DNA of 30,393 bases from a virus. Lineage: Duplodnaviria > Caudoviricetes. Location: positions 1 through 30,393 of IMG/VR virus record IMGVR_UViG_3300032295_001253. One strand, given 5' to 3'. The notes below the pieces were generated by a model. It was not told the origin of the DNA. It ran no database searches and was given only the letters and a program-made list of their open reading frames with translations. The position numbers and the translations under genes are program-made. Positions 8,449-16,503 of this stretch are shown piece by piece. Positions within the stretch are counted from its first letter, which is position 1, and each line of letters starts with the position of its first letter.

Positions 8449-8524
8449 TGGTACCTGAGGTGGGATTCGAACCCACGCTGGAGGACTTTTAAGGTCCCTG
8501 TCTCTTCCGCTGGACTACTCAGGC
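8449..8524 (-). tRNA. trnL: tRNA-Leu(UAA), 76 nt, intronless, short variable loop, encoded CCA
   Basis: GCCUGAG/CUCAGGU acceptor; GGGAC-CUUAAAA-GUCCU anticodon arm; GUGGG-UUCGAAU-CCCAC T arm; A73-CCA. Confidence 0.93.
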
Positions 8525-8730
8525 TCACTTGGATTTACACTCACATCTATTGATGTGTGATACCAAGTGTGATCATGAGGCAATGGTTCCGTACCATAAT
8601 CCCACGTATCGTAATCATCTTCGTTACGTGGGTCTTCAATCAGTACATACTGTGGTGAATTGTCAGCAATGAATTGACCAATGTTTACCATTGCCATGGT
8701 AAGCAATTGATCATCTGTGTAGTCAGTCAT
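8515..8730 (-). CDS. Hypothetical acidic protein (71 aa); its last 10 nt overlap the tRNA
   Basis: ORF ending GAG CCT GAG TAG inside the tRNA 5' strand. Confidence 0.7.
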   Translation of the reverse strand: MTDYTDDQLLTMAMVNIGQFIADNSPQYVLIEDPRNEDDYDTWDYGTEPLPHDHTWYHTSIDVSVNPSEPE

Positions 8731-8738
8731 TGGTTTGA

Positions 8739-8770
8739 TGGTGGCCTTAGATACGAGGCTAAGACCACCA
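8739..8770. other. 12-bp intergenic hairpin
   Basis: UGGUGGUCUUAG-CCUCGUAU-CUAAGGCCACCA on the minus strand. Confidence 0.5.
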
Positions 8771-8782
8771 CGCCTGTGGGGG

Positions 8783-10516
8783 CTAGTTAGATACTAACTC
8801 ATTTTCACGAGCTTGCAATGCTTGACCAAATGCTGTGGTGTACAGCTCTTGTTGTTCTGGACTAAGCCTAGAGTTTGATAGTCCAACAATTTGTTTGACA
8901 AACATTAAACCATTGTTGACTTCCAGTTGAACAGTGAACTGTGGCTTGCCATCAATCAAACACAACACAATGAAGTGTTGTTTCTTGCGAACACCTTCTG
9001 CATAGCTAGATGCATTACCAACGCAATTGCGTACGGCTTGTCCCCATTCACCCAATTGATGTGTATCAATCGGTTGAAAGAATGTCCATTTACTGGAGCC
9101 AAGTTCAATCCTAACAGGTGTTGGAAACAAATCTTGTGGTAAACTTTGGTTTGGATTTTTAATCTTCCAGTTTTCTGCCTGGACATAATCATGAAACTCT
9201 TCGATGCGCCAACGCTTGGGTGGTGCAAACTCTGAGTCTGGTTGGTCTTCAAGAATCCTGGTAAGCATAGAAGTTGTATCATTCCATTCATAGAAGCGAT
9301 AGATGTAAATACCAAGCTCACCATTTAAATGATATGAAGTAAGCTTGGTCTGTTGCTCTGCTGTTTCTTTGTCATAGTATTTAGAAATAATTTGAAAAAA
9401 TGAAGCAACAGGCATGTGTTTATTTAGCCATTGCATTGTTACATCACGATGACCGTAGGATGAAAAGTCAACGCTAAGTATTTGTTCAATATGGTTTTGA
9501 TAGTAATCAATAGGGCAATCAGGCCAAATACTATTAACGTAAAGAATACGATCAAATAGTTTATTAATAGTTAACCATGGACGCCTGATGTGACTACGGT
9601 ATTTATTTGTTTCATCTACATATGTTGCGTTAACTTTATTGCATTGTTCTTGAATCCATTTCTTAAAGAATGGTTTAGAAATAATATGAAGAATCTTATT
9701 GTATCTTATGTAGTTATGTCCATAACCACCAAAGATGTGTGCATGGTGTGTAATTAAATTAAACAAAGATTCGTAAGATGCTTTCCAAGTTGTTTTATCA
9801 TTTACCTCCCAATAAGTATTATCTGCATCTGATGAGCTAACAAACAAAATCGACGGTAGATTATGTTTACTTGCAATACGTTCAAAGATATTACTAGTGT
9901 CTTGCCATACTGGAATAGTGGTTACTAGTTGCTCTTCAAATTGTTTAATAACATTGCAAAGTTCTTTAGACTTTTGATGATATGAAGTAGCATGTGGAAT
10001 ATTCCAATTGCGACTTGTCTGTCCATCTTGAATGGACTCAATAGTAACCAACTCTTGATGCTGGTACATTACTAAACGACCAGTAATTACTTGTTGATAT
10101 GAATCAATAGAGTTAGTAATTACCCGTGGCACAATTTCATGTGCAGCCTTTGTATCTTTGAATGCAAAGGCATAGCCATACACATACTTGCCTTCTTGTC
10201 CTTTAGGTGGTAGCCATGCTGCATACCAACAGTGCTCATAGTGATACAAGATGGCAGTAACATTTACATCGCCATTAACAATGCGTGTGAATTTGTGATA
10301 ACGATCTGCTGCAGGATTTGAATTAATGTGTGTGATTGCATCGTCAAGCAGTGACTCACGCACCACATCAACAGGGATTAATCCTTTGGGGTTACCAAGT
10401 GGATGAGTAGACTTCTTGGCTTTGGGTTTTGGATTGGTGTTGCGTGCCAGCTTCTTAAGCACTGGGTCATACGCAAGCAGTTCAGTTTGCAGGTTAGAAG
10501 GGAGACGAAATTGCAT
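8783..10516 (-). CDS. PcfJ-domain protein
   Basis: C-terminal FHD...LGEWGQAVRNCVG..SY...FTVQL...VKQIVGLSN is typical of PcfJ-like proteins. Start MQFRLP at 10516; the track ATG at 10561 lies inside the pseudoknot. Confidence 0.75.
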   Translation of the reverse strand: MQFRLPSNLQTELLAYDPVLKKLARNTNPKPKAKKSTHPLGNPKGLIPVDVVRESLLDDAITHINSNPAADRYHKFTRIVNGDVNVTAILYHYEHCWYAAWLPPKGQEGKYVYGYAFAFKDTKAAHEIVPRVITNSIDSYQQVITGRLVMYQHQELVTIESIQDGQTSRNWNIPHATSYHQKSKELCNVIKQFEEQLVTTIPVWQDTSNIFERIASKHNLPSILFVSSSDADNTYWEVNDKTTWKASYESLFNLITHHAHIFGGYGHNYIRYNKILHIISKPFFKKWIQEQCNKVNATYVDETNKYRSHIRRPWLTINKLFDRILYVNSIWPDCPIDYYQNHIEQILSVDFSSYGHRDVTMQWLNKHMPVASFFQIISKYYDKETAEQQTKLTSYHLNGELGIYIYRFYEWNDTTSMLTRILEDQPDSEFAPPKRWRIEEFHDYVQAENWKIKNPNQSLPQDLFPTPVRIELGSSKWTFFQPIDTHQLGEWGQAVRNCVGNASSYAEGVRKKQHFIVLCLIDGKPQFTVQLEVNNGLMFVKQIVGLSNSRLSPEQQELYTTAFGQALQARENELVSN

Positions 10517-10544
10517 GATGTGTTCAGAGTAAGTTCGTAGTGTA

Positions 10545-10571
10545 GAGCAGTTTAACGTCATGCTCAGGACG
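10545..10571 (-). ncRNA. Repeated pseudoknot motif, copy 5
   Basis: CGUC-CU-GAGCA-U-GACG-UUAAAC-UGCUC. Confidence 0.75.
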
Positions 10572-10576
10572 TTGGA

Positions 10577-10777
10577 TCACCAACGCATTACTTCTTTACC
10601 ATCAACTTTAAAGACAATTTGATCGTCACGATCTTTTAAGTATTCATCCCATGTCATTGTTCGATCTGGCAGAATAACTGGCATTTGTTTTGCAAACCCA
10701 AAAGCAGAGTACACTCGACCTTTGGGTCCACGAACAACCAAATACCAACGCTTGAATTCAATTGAAAAGCCAATCAT
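10577..10777 (-). CDS. Hypothetical protein
   Basis: ATGA overlap with the upstream stop. Confidence 0.7.
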   Translation of the reverse strand: MIGFSIEFKRWYLVVRGPKGRVYSAFGFAKQMPVILPDRTMTWDEYLKDRDDQIVFKVDGKEVMRW

Positions 10778-11034
10778 GAGTCTAAGTTCCAATCAGATGT
10801 GTCGACAAGTTCCCACCGAAGATCGAGGTCAGTAAGATAATTACAGAAGTCATCTTCGCTGGTTGGGAAAGGCAGCTCTGGATCCAACTCAAAAGATGTT
10901 GTGCACAGAGCTGGAGCCCACTCTTCAGGTTCATCGCGAGTTGCTTTGAATAGAAGACGCATGTCTTCCACAAGTGCTGTAACTGTGACATGGATACCAT
11001 TGACGATTGTGTTTTCGATAGCAAGAACTGTCAT
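10774..11034 (-). CDS. Hypothetical acidic protein (86 aa)
   Basis: ORF. Confidence 0.75.
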   Translation of the reverse strand: MTVLAIENTIVNGIHVTVTALVEDMRLLFKATRDEPEEWAPALCTTSFELDPELPFPTSEDDFCNYLTDLDLRWELVDTSDWNLDS

Positions 11035-11037
11035 GAA

Positions 11038-11235
11038 TCAAACCTCTGCTAGTGTTTTGGCTTTCATAAATTGAGACGTGGGACCATACTTAACTACAAG
11101 ATCAGGGAATACGTCAAGAATCTTTTGACGATTTGTTGGATCTGCGTAGCGTAATGCTGTAGCTAGATGGGATACAAATGTACCACCATAAGTTTGCATG
11201 CATTCAGTCATTGCATGGAACTGAGCTGAGTTCAT
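11038..11235 (-). CDS. Hypothetical phage protein (YGGTFV..LA.A...AD..N..KI...FP motif)
   Basis: ORF; start at 11235 or 11256. Confidence 0.75.
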   Translation of the reverse strand: MNSAQFHAMTECMQTYGGTFVSHLATALRYADPTNRQKILDVFPDLVVKYGPTSQFMKAKTLAEV

Positions 11236-11255
11236 AGTTGAGTTGAGATGGGACA

Positions 11256-11283
11256 TGGACAGTTTAACGTCATGTCCAGGACG
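11256..11283 (-). ncRNA. Repeated pseudoknot motif, copy 6
   Basis: CGUC-C-UGGACA-U-GACG-UUAAAC-UGUCCA; stem 2 compensated. Confidence 0.78.
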
Positions 11284-11397
11284 GTATCAATGGTTAGTTA
11301 ATGGATATTGATATTACTAATAGATGGTAGATATTAAGTAACGTAATAGGGATTACCTCGTGGTACTGGCTGTTGCCAGGGGGTTGTAGGGGGATCT

Positions 11398-11592
11398 TTA
11401 GATTATCTTTATATTTCGACGACTTAATCCTGTGCCTGGAATACTGATAGATCCATGTACACCCGACTCGCGTGCGTTGAGTGTTACCTGGAACGGACCA
11501 AGTTTAATTGACTTGGTGAATGATTTAACACCACGTTCTGTGATGTTAAAGCCCGCGATTGTCTTGTCAAAATTAATTGGTGACTTAGTCAT
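11398..11592 (-). CDS. DUF4236-like small basic protein
   Basis: KSIKLGPF...GSISIPGTGLS motif. Confidence 0.6.
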   Translation of the reverse strand: MTKSPINFDKTIAGFNITERGVKSFTKSIKLGPFQVTLNARESGVHGSISIPGTGLSRRNIKII

Positions 11593-11902
11593 CGTTGTTG
11601 TAATCAACAGAGTTAGCAGTAGCAACTACAAATTTCAAGACGAAGTAATCATCATCTCCATACTCTGAAGGATAATATGTAGCATAGAGACCACCAGATG
11701 TTACTTCAGTATCTTTAATAGATGATCGAAGCAAGTGACGAGCCATTGCTTTGAGTCTTGCAATTGATGGCACTGCATGTCCGTTACCTTCAGTGCAGGC
11801 CCATTGCCAGTCAAGTGAAAGCATAACGCATCTAACTTTTTCAAAGTTAAAGTTGTCAATGATGTAATCAATTTGTTCTTCGTGAACTAAAGAGGTAGTC
11901 AT
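11585..11902 (-). CDS. Hypothetical phage protein (IDYIIDNFNFEKV...LDWQW)
   Basis: ORF. Confidence 0.75.
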   Translation of the reverse strand: MTTSLVHEEQIDYIIDNFNFEKVRCVMLSLDWQWACTEGNGHAVPSIARLKAMARHLLRSSIKDTEVTSGGLYATYYPSEYGDDDYFVLKFVVATANSVDYNNDD

Positions 11903-11911
11903 TGTGTTCAG

Positions 11912-12088
11912 TTAGTTAGAGCGAAGCCTGGTTGATTCAACCCAATAATAATCATCAGGACATTCAGTATTCATTTCATCACGGTGTTCAGTGGCTGCTT
12001 CTATACTGTTGTAAACAGCACAGAAACCACAGTCAAGTGATTGAACAATGAATACTTCTGGATCATTGGGTTTAATTGTTATAGTCAT
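11912..12088 (-). CDS. Small hypothetical protein (58 aa)
   Basis: Translated by hand: MTITIKPNDPEVFIVQSLDCGFCAVYNSIEAATEHRDEMNTECPDDYYWVESTRLRSN. Confidence 0.65.
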   Translation of the reverse strand: MTITIKPNDPEVFIVQSLDCGFCAVYNSIEAATEHRDEMNTECPDDYYWVESTRLRSN

Positions 12089-12161
12089 TTTCTAATCAAT
12101 TGATTTGCTATTAAATAACCAAGGATAAAGCAGATGATGAATAACAAGAATGCGCTTATAT

Positions 12162-12380
12162 TCATTTCAAATCATCAGGAAGAAGCATCTGAGTATCTGT
12201 TTCGTCCATGTTTGTCATTATAAACTTTTGTCCATCGGGGGCTACAAAGCCCCCGATAAAACCATTACCATTGCGATCTGCAGCTTCTTTCATGCGAGCA
12301 ACAAATTGCATGGCTTGCAATCGCTGGAAATCTACTGAGTCAGGGATGCGTGGTTTAGGTGAATCGTTTAGTGCTGACAT
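12162..12380 (-). CDS. Hypothetical protein
   Basis: Likely start MSALND at 12380. Confidence 0.7.
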   Translation of the reverse strand: MSALNDSPKPRIPDSVDFQRLQAMQFVARMKEAADRNGNGFIGGFVAPDGQKFIMTNMDETDTQMLLPDDLK

Positions 12381-12517
12381 TGTTTTGAATGATGTGAAGT
12401 AGTTGAATGTTGTTAGCTTATCACCCCCTGTCAAGGGGTGTCACCCCGTTCATGAGTTGTAACACTCACGTTGGGGGTGATGTCTTAACTATTTCTTAAC
12501 CTGTGGTAGACCAGTGT

Positions 12518-12862
12518 TTATCTGGCAGTACCAAGGTTTAGTGTACGAATGCGAGCTGCTTTCTCTTCACGTTTCCGTTTGAAGTACACAGAACTAATCT
12601 GGTCTTCAAACTCAGTTAGTCGTTTGGTCAAGCAACTGATTGTCTCTTGGTACCACTCAGTTTGATTATTAATTAAATCAGGGTCTTTACTCTGGATAAT
12701 TTCATTTAGTCGTTGTTGAAAATAATCAATACGAGCTTTGAATAAATTAGTGATAAGCCACCATTCATCTTCATGAAGATCTGTCCAAGTAACAGTGTGC
12801 AATCCTTGTGGATAATCAGGGGATGCTCCTTTGGTTTTGTCAGCAGCTTTAGTTCTTGCCAT
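12518..12862 (-). CDS. Hypothetical protein (114 aa)
   Basis: ORF. Confidence 0.75.
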   Translation of the reverse strand: MARTKAADKTKGASPDYPQGLHTVTWTDLHEDEWWLITNLFKARIDYFQQRLNEIIQSKDPDLINNQTEWYQETISCLTKRLTEFEDQISSVYFKRKREEKAARIRTLNLGTAR

Positions 12863-12907
12863 GATGTTTGAAGTAAATAAGATTTAATTCTGTGAAATTA
12901 AATTGAA

Positions 12908-13234
12908 TTACCGATGTGCTTCTTGATGTTCTTTCCATGCTGCTGAATGCATCTCAGCCATGGTGATAGGTGGTTCACCATATGAGTCTTCGATTTCATA
13001 AGGCCATTCGATTGCTTTCTCAAGTAGATCGATGGCCTCCAGTAGTTGTTCTTCCGAACCATAAGGAAGATCGTTGTACCCAAGTGGGCGTTCGTCTTCT
13101 CGTTTAACGATAGCCTTAAGTTCTTTGATCATAAGTTCAATGCGTTTGTCGTCGTGCATAGGAATAATTAGTTCCTTGTCTCTACCAACGACTTGATAAA
13201 CTTTTGGTTCGAAGTGGAGTTCAGTCTGTGTCAT
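12908..13234 (-). CDS. Hypothetical protein (108 aa)
   Basis: ORF starting 22 nt downstream of pseudoknot copy 7. Confidence 0.75.
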   Translation of the reverse strand: MTQTELHFEPKVYQVVGRDKELIIPMHDDKRIELMIKELKAIVKREDERPLGYNDLPYGSEEQLLEAIDLLEKAIEWPYEIEDSYGEPPITMAEMHSAAWKEHQEAHR

Positions 13235-13256
13235 AGTGAGTACATAGTTAGTTTGT

Positions 13257-13284
13257 TGAGCAGTTTAAAGACATGCTCAGGTCT
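13257..13284 (-). ncRNA. Repeated pseudoknot motif, copy 7
   Basis: AGAC-C-UGAGCA-U-GUCU-UUAAAC-UGCUCA; stem 1 compensated to AGAC/GUCU. Confidence 0.78.
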
Positions 13285-13292
13285 AGCAAAGG

Positions 13293-13559
13293 TTATTGAA
13301 AAGAATTCTCAACAACGTTTGCAGGTTTGGTCTCTGGATCTTTGATGATCCAACCACCGTAGTGAACGGTGTTACGTTCAACGCTAATTAATTGTTTCTC
13401 TTCTAGTACTTCCAATGCTTTGAGAAAAGTATTGGACCTAGATTGAAACATCATTAGCTCTGGTACAAGACAAGCTTTACCTTTGTACTTCTGCTTGTGA
13501 TGCAGATAGTACTGATAGATATTGCGTTGAGTTGTAGTAAGACCCACTGGTTTAGTCAT
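13293..13559 (-). CDS. Possible winged-helix (LexA N-terminal-like) DNA-binding protein
   Basis: LTTTQRNIYQY...FLKALEVLEEKQLISVER pattern; CDS likely, function tentative. Confidence 0.45.
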   Translation of the reverse strand: MTKPVGLTTTQRNIYQYYLHHKQKYKGKACLVPELMMFQSRSNTFLKALEVLEEKQLISVERNTVHYGGWIIKDPETKPANVVENSFQ

Positions 13560-13642
13560 TGATGCATTAGATGTTTCGTATTGGCACATCAGCCAATACA
13601 TGGATAGTATTGGCTATTTTGATGTGCACTTTAATACTTGAC

Positions 13643-13999
13643 TTAGATCAGGCCGAGAATCCTAAGCCAGGAGTCTGGGTGATCGCTTTCGACTTCGTCT
13701 CCTGCTGGGGTATAGCAGATGCTATCGAACGAATACTCTTCGATGTCTTCGTTACTTGGTACGTCGTACCAGCCCGTGAGCTCGTCCTTCTCCTCTGCCG
13801 AGTAGTTGTCTTCGGCTGGGATCCAGAAGCATCTGAGGACTCCCTGCTTGTCTCTGTAGACGTTACCAGTGCAGGGGATGGATCCTTTAGGTGCATTTTG
13901 GAAGTCGCACTCTGCCTGGTACTGCTGCTGCCCTTCTTCTTCGTCGAAGGGTTCGTAGCCGAAGGTTGCAGCGATTTCTTGGGTGATGGGGTGAAGCAT
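13643..13999 (-). CDS. Hypothetical acidic protein (118 aa)
   Basis: ORF with C-terminal VESDHPDSWLRILGLI. Confidence 0.75.
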   Translation of the reverse strand: MLHPITQEIAATFGYEPFDEEEGQQQYQAECDFQNAPKGSIPCTGNVYRDKQGVLRCFWIPAEDNYSAEEKDELTGWYDVPSNEDIEEYSFDSICYTPAGDEVESDHPDSWLRILGLI

Positions 14000-14088
14000 G
14001 AGATGAGTTCTGTGATAAGGATTGAGATGATAACAATGATGTGTAATATTACATCATCATTATATTGTTGGGTTTGAAGTTGTTTCAT
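13648..14088 (-). CDS. Possible overprinted membrane-anchored S/T/K-rich protein
   Basis: ATG overlaps the upstream TGA; hydrophobic N-terminal helix; overlaps 13643-13999 in another frame. Confidence 0.4.
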   Translation of the reverse strand: MKQLQTQQYNDDVILHIIVIISILITELISCFTPSPKKSLQPSATNPSTKKKGSSSTRQSATSKMHLKDPSPALVTSTETSRESSDASGSQPKTTTRQRRRTSSRAGTTYQVTKTSKSIRSIASAIPQQETKSKAITQTPGLGFSA

Positions 14089-14246
14089 CAGAAGTGAACA
14101 TTGGGTAGTGTGTGAATTGATTTGTCAACACCAAGCCATTCCTCTGGAACAGACTCGCGCATGGCTTGCTCCTGTTCATAGGCTTGGTCCGCCATAGCAT
14201 CAAGTGCATCAGACGGAATGTCATTCTCAAATTCGTTTGAATGCAT
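14088..14246 (-). CDS. Small acidic hypothetical protein
   Basis: Likely start MHSNEF at 14246. Confidence 0.65.
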   Translation of the reverse strand: MHSNEFENDIPSDALDAMADQAYEQEQAMRESVPEEWLGVDKSIHTLPNVHF

Positions 14247-14277
14247 GATTTGTCGGAAGTTGACTGCAGTGTTTGTA

Positions 14278-14304
14278 GAGCAGTTTAACGTCATACTCAG
14301 GACG
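14278..14304 (-). ncRNA. Repeated pseudoknot motif, copy 8
   Basis: CGUC-CU-GAGUA-U-GACG-UUAAAC-UGCUC. Confidence 0.75.
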
Positions 14305-14315
14305 TGTCCTAGTTG

Positions 14316-14681
14316 TTACGGATAAGGAATAAAGTTTGATTCCTTACCTGTTAACTGCTGGATCGTTACACAATCTTCTTCTATTTCTTCGAATGATTCA
14401 TATTCATTTGTCTGATCTTCGACGACTTCGCAACCGACGTCCTCCAGTTCATTAACGAACTGAGCCCATGAGTTGGCATTGCCATAAACATGGGCATAAC
14501 GTCCGGATGCATCAGCGATTAGTGCAACGTATGTCATAGGTTGAGTTTCAGTTAGTGTGAATGGTCTTTGATCTGCTGCCATGACAAGTGCATGGACAGC
14601 AATTAGTTCTCTAGTTGATAGCTCACCGTTGTGTTTCCACTTGAGTACCGTGTGATTCAGGTAAGTATCTCGTTGCATCAT
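14316..14681 (-). CDS. Hypothetical protein (may really start at internal MTYVALI)
   Basis: ORF; the internal ATG is preceded by an A/C-rich leader-like tract. Confidence 0.6.
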   Translation of the reverse strand: MMQRDTYLNHTVLKWKHNGELSTRELIAVHALVMAADQRPFTLTETQPMTYVALIADASGRYAHVYGNANSWAQFVNELEDVGCEVVEDQTNEYESFEEIEEDCVTIQQLTGKESNFIPYP

Positions 14682-14859
14682 CTAGGTTAAATGTGGTGAC
14701 ATCATAACCAAGCATTGCACCGGCAGTGATGGCTGCGATGCAAAAGGTAATGAGCACACCAAAGACTTTGCCAACGGCATTATCCATGTAATCACCTTGT
14801 TGATTATAGGTATCAAGTTGAATGTAACGATTGATACCAAGCTTGATGATTTGTTTCAT
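14623..14859 (-). CDS. Small membrane protein (78 aa)
   Basis: One hydrophobic segment VFGVLITFCIAAITAGAMLG. Confidence 0.65.
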   Translation of the reverse strand: MKQIIKLGINRYIQLDTYNQQGDYMDNAVGKVFGVLITFCIAAITAGAMLGYDVTTFNLDDATRYLPESHGTQVETQR

Positions 14860-14943
14860 GGTGATAGGTCTGAGTAAAGGGAATCAACCTAACGGTTGAT
14901 GGGCGACTAGTATGATTGTACTAGTAGTGATGGGAATGGGGGA

Positions 14944-15006
14944 GCAGGATGTTAAGTCCTGCAGAAAACCCACTCATCACAATGGATGAGAAGGGTTAAG
15001 TGCAGG
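14944..15006 (-). ncRNA. Double-hairpin repeat family, copy 1
   Basis: CCUGCA..AACCC[stem-loop]GGGUUUUC-UGCAGGA-CUUAACA-UCCUGC. Confidence 0.55.
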
Positions 15007-15008
15007 AA

Positions 15009-15251
15009 TCAATCCATCATATGTTCTTGTTCCCACTTGAGAAGTGCACGATTAAGATCGACTTTCTTCTCGAGAACAACAATAAATGGAATTAGATCCT
15101 GGAACTGAACTAATCCGTCTTGCCATTGGTAAAAGATTTTGAGTGCAGCTTGACGTTGACTCTCAATCTCTTGGTCAATAGCAGGTGCATCTCGACGAGC
15201 GAGAAGCCTGGCGTCTTGGATCAGAAGTTGTTCAACACTTGCAGGAGACAT
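15009..15251 (-). CDS. Hypothetical protein (80 aa)
   Basis: ORF. Confidence 0.75.
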   Translation of the reverse strand: MSPASVEQLLIQDARLLARRDAPAIDQEIESQRQAALKIFYQWQDGLVQFQDLIPFIVVLEKKVDLNRALLKWEQEHMMD

Positions 15252-15279
15252 AGTCCTAGGTGGGTTGAGTTGAATTGAG

Positions 15280-15330
15280 TGCAGATGTAAAGTCTGCAGA
15301 AAACCCTGGTGTTACTCAGGGTTAGTTGCA
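15280..15330 (-). ncRNA. Double-hairpin repeat family, copy 2
   Basis: UGCA..AACCCUG-loop-CAGGGUUUUC-UGCAGA-CUUUACA-UCUGCA. Confidence 0.55.
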
Positions 15331-15334
15331 AACA

Positions 15335-15583
15335 TCAGTCTGCCATTGCCATGCGCTGCTCAAATTCGCATACCTGGCAATAGTTATAGAACTCTTGCAT
15401 ATGAGTGTGCATCTCACTCATACTCGTGGGTATACCACTACCAAGAGTTTGGACATTGCGGTCTATCCAGTCGGGATTACCATCCCAACCGTCGACCTGT
15501 TGTTCGTAATGCAACTGGGTTGATTCACCGCCGTGCCATACAACACGATCGGTTGAGTTGATTTGAGGTTGATAGATCATCAT
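15335..15583 (-). CDS. Hypothetical protein (82 aa)
   Basis: ATGA overlap with the upstream gene. Confidence 0.75.
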   Translation of the reverse strand: MMIYQPQINSTDRVVWHGGESTQLHYEQQVDGWDGNPDWIDRNVQTLGSGIPTSMSEMHTHMQEFYNYCQVCEFEQRMAMAD

Positions 15584-15747
15584 TTGACTTGAGTTTCAAT
15601 GGTCATGAATGCATCCTTAGGCATGATTACTGCCGCAATGCGGACACGATACTCATGCACCTTGGATGCAATAGTCTCTTTCGTTGTATCAGTCTCCAGC
15701 TTGGTAGCTGTCAACTTAAGGATGTTAGCCAGATTCTTACGAATCAT
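15580..15747 (-). CDS. Small hypothetical protein (55 aa)
   Basis: Likely start MIRKNLA at 15747; the track start lies in the tRNA-like element. Confidence 0.7.
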   Translation of the reverse strand: MIRKNLANILKLTATKLETDTTKETIASKVHEYRVRIAAVIMPKDAFMTIETQVK

Positions 15748-15757
15748 GGTTCCATAA

Positions 15758-15826
15758 GCCACTCTCAGTGAGTGGCAATAACTGGACCAGGGTTTGCACC
15801 TGGTCACCCGCTTTTACGGATCAGTT
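15758..15826 (-). ncRNA. tRNA-like minihelix element C plus downstream hairpin
   Basis: AACUG-AUCCGU-AAAA-GCGGGU-GACCAGG-UGCAAAC-CCUGGUC-CAGUU-A, then GCCACUC/GAGUGGC. Confidence 0.75.
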
Positions 15827-16108
15827 GTTTTCATAATCGCTATAAACTGTGTGTATAAATTCTTCTTCGCGTTGACGCAAATACTTGATGATTCCTTTAA
15901 TCTCATCAAGTGTTAGGTGACCGGTTGGATCAGCTAATCCCGGAAACCACACTTCGTATGTGGTCTCTTGACCTGGGTCGTTAGCTGCCATTAGTCCTGA
16001 ACCTCGCGGTCCAGTAACAATGGATATGCCTCCGACCAAGTCATCTGAGTAAACCAGGCGATAACCACCTGGTATATCATGTGGCTTCCAACCTGTAGTC
16101 AGATCCAT
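15821..16108 (-). CDS. Hypothetical protein
   Basis: GGAG ahead of ATG 16108; alternative start at 16120. Confidence 0.75.
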   Translation of the reverse strand: MDLTTGWKPHDIPGGYRLVYSDDLVGGISIVTGPRGSGLMAANDPGQETTYEVWFPGLADPTGHLTLDEIKGIIKYLRQREEEFIHTVYSDYENN

Positions 16109-16126
16109 GGATAACTCCATGTGTGT

Positions 16127-16200
16127 GCGGTACCCATCTCCGCTGTGGGTAATAACTGGGCAGGGGATTGCACCCTGCCTCCCGCTTTAACGGATCAGCC
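16127..16200 (-). ncRNA. tRNA-like minihelix element A plus downstream structure
   Basis: GGCUG-AUCCGUUAAAGCGGGA-GGCAGGG-UGCAAUC-CCCUGCC-CAGUU-A-UUACCCACAGCGGAGAUGGGUACCGC. Confidence 0.75.
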
Positions 16201-16413
16201 GTAGTTCTCGGGAAGCTCTACAAGCTCCGCAAGAACTTGGTGTTGCAGCTCGCGTTCGCCAGCAATCTGCAGACCCCATGCGGCGATCTGTAGTGCTTGC
16301 TCACGGCTTAGTAGCTGCGAATAGCCTGACTCCATCCAGAACTGGATGAGATCGTAGGCCGTATCAGCTAACTCTTCCCTGGTAGGAAGCGTAGCTGTAG
16401 TAGTGTTGGCCAC
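16195..16413 (-). CDS. Hypothetical protein (72 aa)
   Basis: GGAG + GTG start at 16413 (MANTTTATLPTREEL...). Confidence 0.7.
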   Translation of the reverse strand: MANTTTATLPTREELADTAYDLIQFWMESGYSQLLSREQALQIAAWGLQIAGERELQHQVLAELVELPENYG

Positions 16414-16429
16414 GGTGTTCTCCGTGTGT

Positions 16430-16503
16430 GCGGTACCCATCTCCGCTGTGGGTAATAACTGCCGGTGGGTTTGCACCACCGGACCCGCTTTAACGGATCA
16501 GTC
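16430..16503 (-). ncRNA. tRNA-like minihelix element B plus downstream structure
   Basis: GACUG-AUCCGU-UAAA-GCGGGU-CCGGUGG-UGCAAAC-CCACCGG-CAGUU-A-UUACCCACAGCGGAGAUGGGUACCGC. Confidence 0.75.

Noticed and set aside
10517-10561. Shared MTLNCST N-terminus of track ORFs 8783-10561 and 14088-14294
   Set aside because: It is the translation of the pseudoknot's own AUGACGUUAAACUGCUC; that AUG is inside the structure and better starts exist at 10516 and 14246
13571-14077. 168-aa hydrophobic plus-strand ORF
   Set aside because: Antisense shadow of an acidic minus-strand gene in a uniformly minus-strand region
10516-14318. Pseudoknots as stop-codon readthrough signals (copies 5 and 8 lie in frame and open between the upstream stop and the downstream gene)
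   Set aside because: Only 2 of 7 testable copies are in frame and open; copy 4 has an in-frame stop and the others are out of frame, so this looks like chance
16127-16152. HDV-like (theta) ribozyme downstream of the tRNA-like elements
   Set aside because: Only 26 nt; no P3/P1.1/J4-2 catalytic core visible
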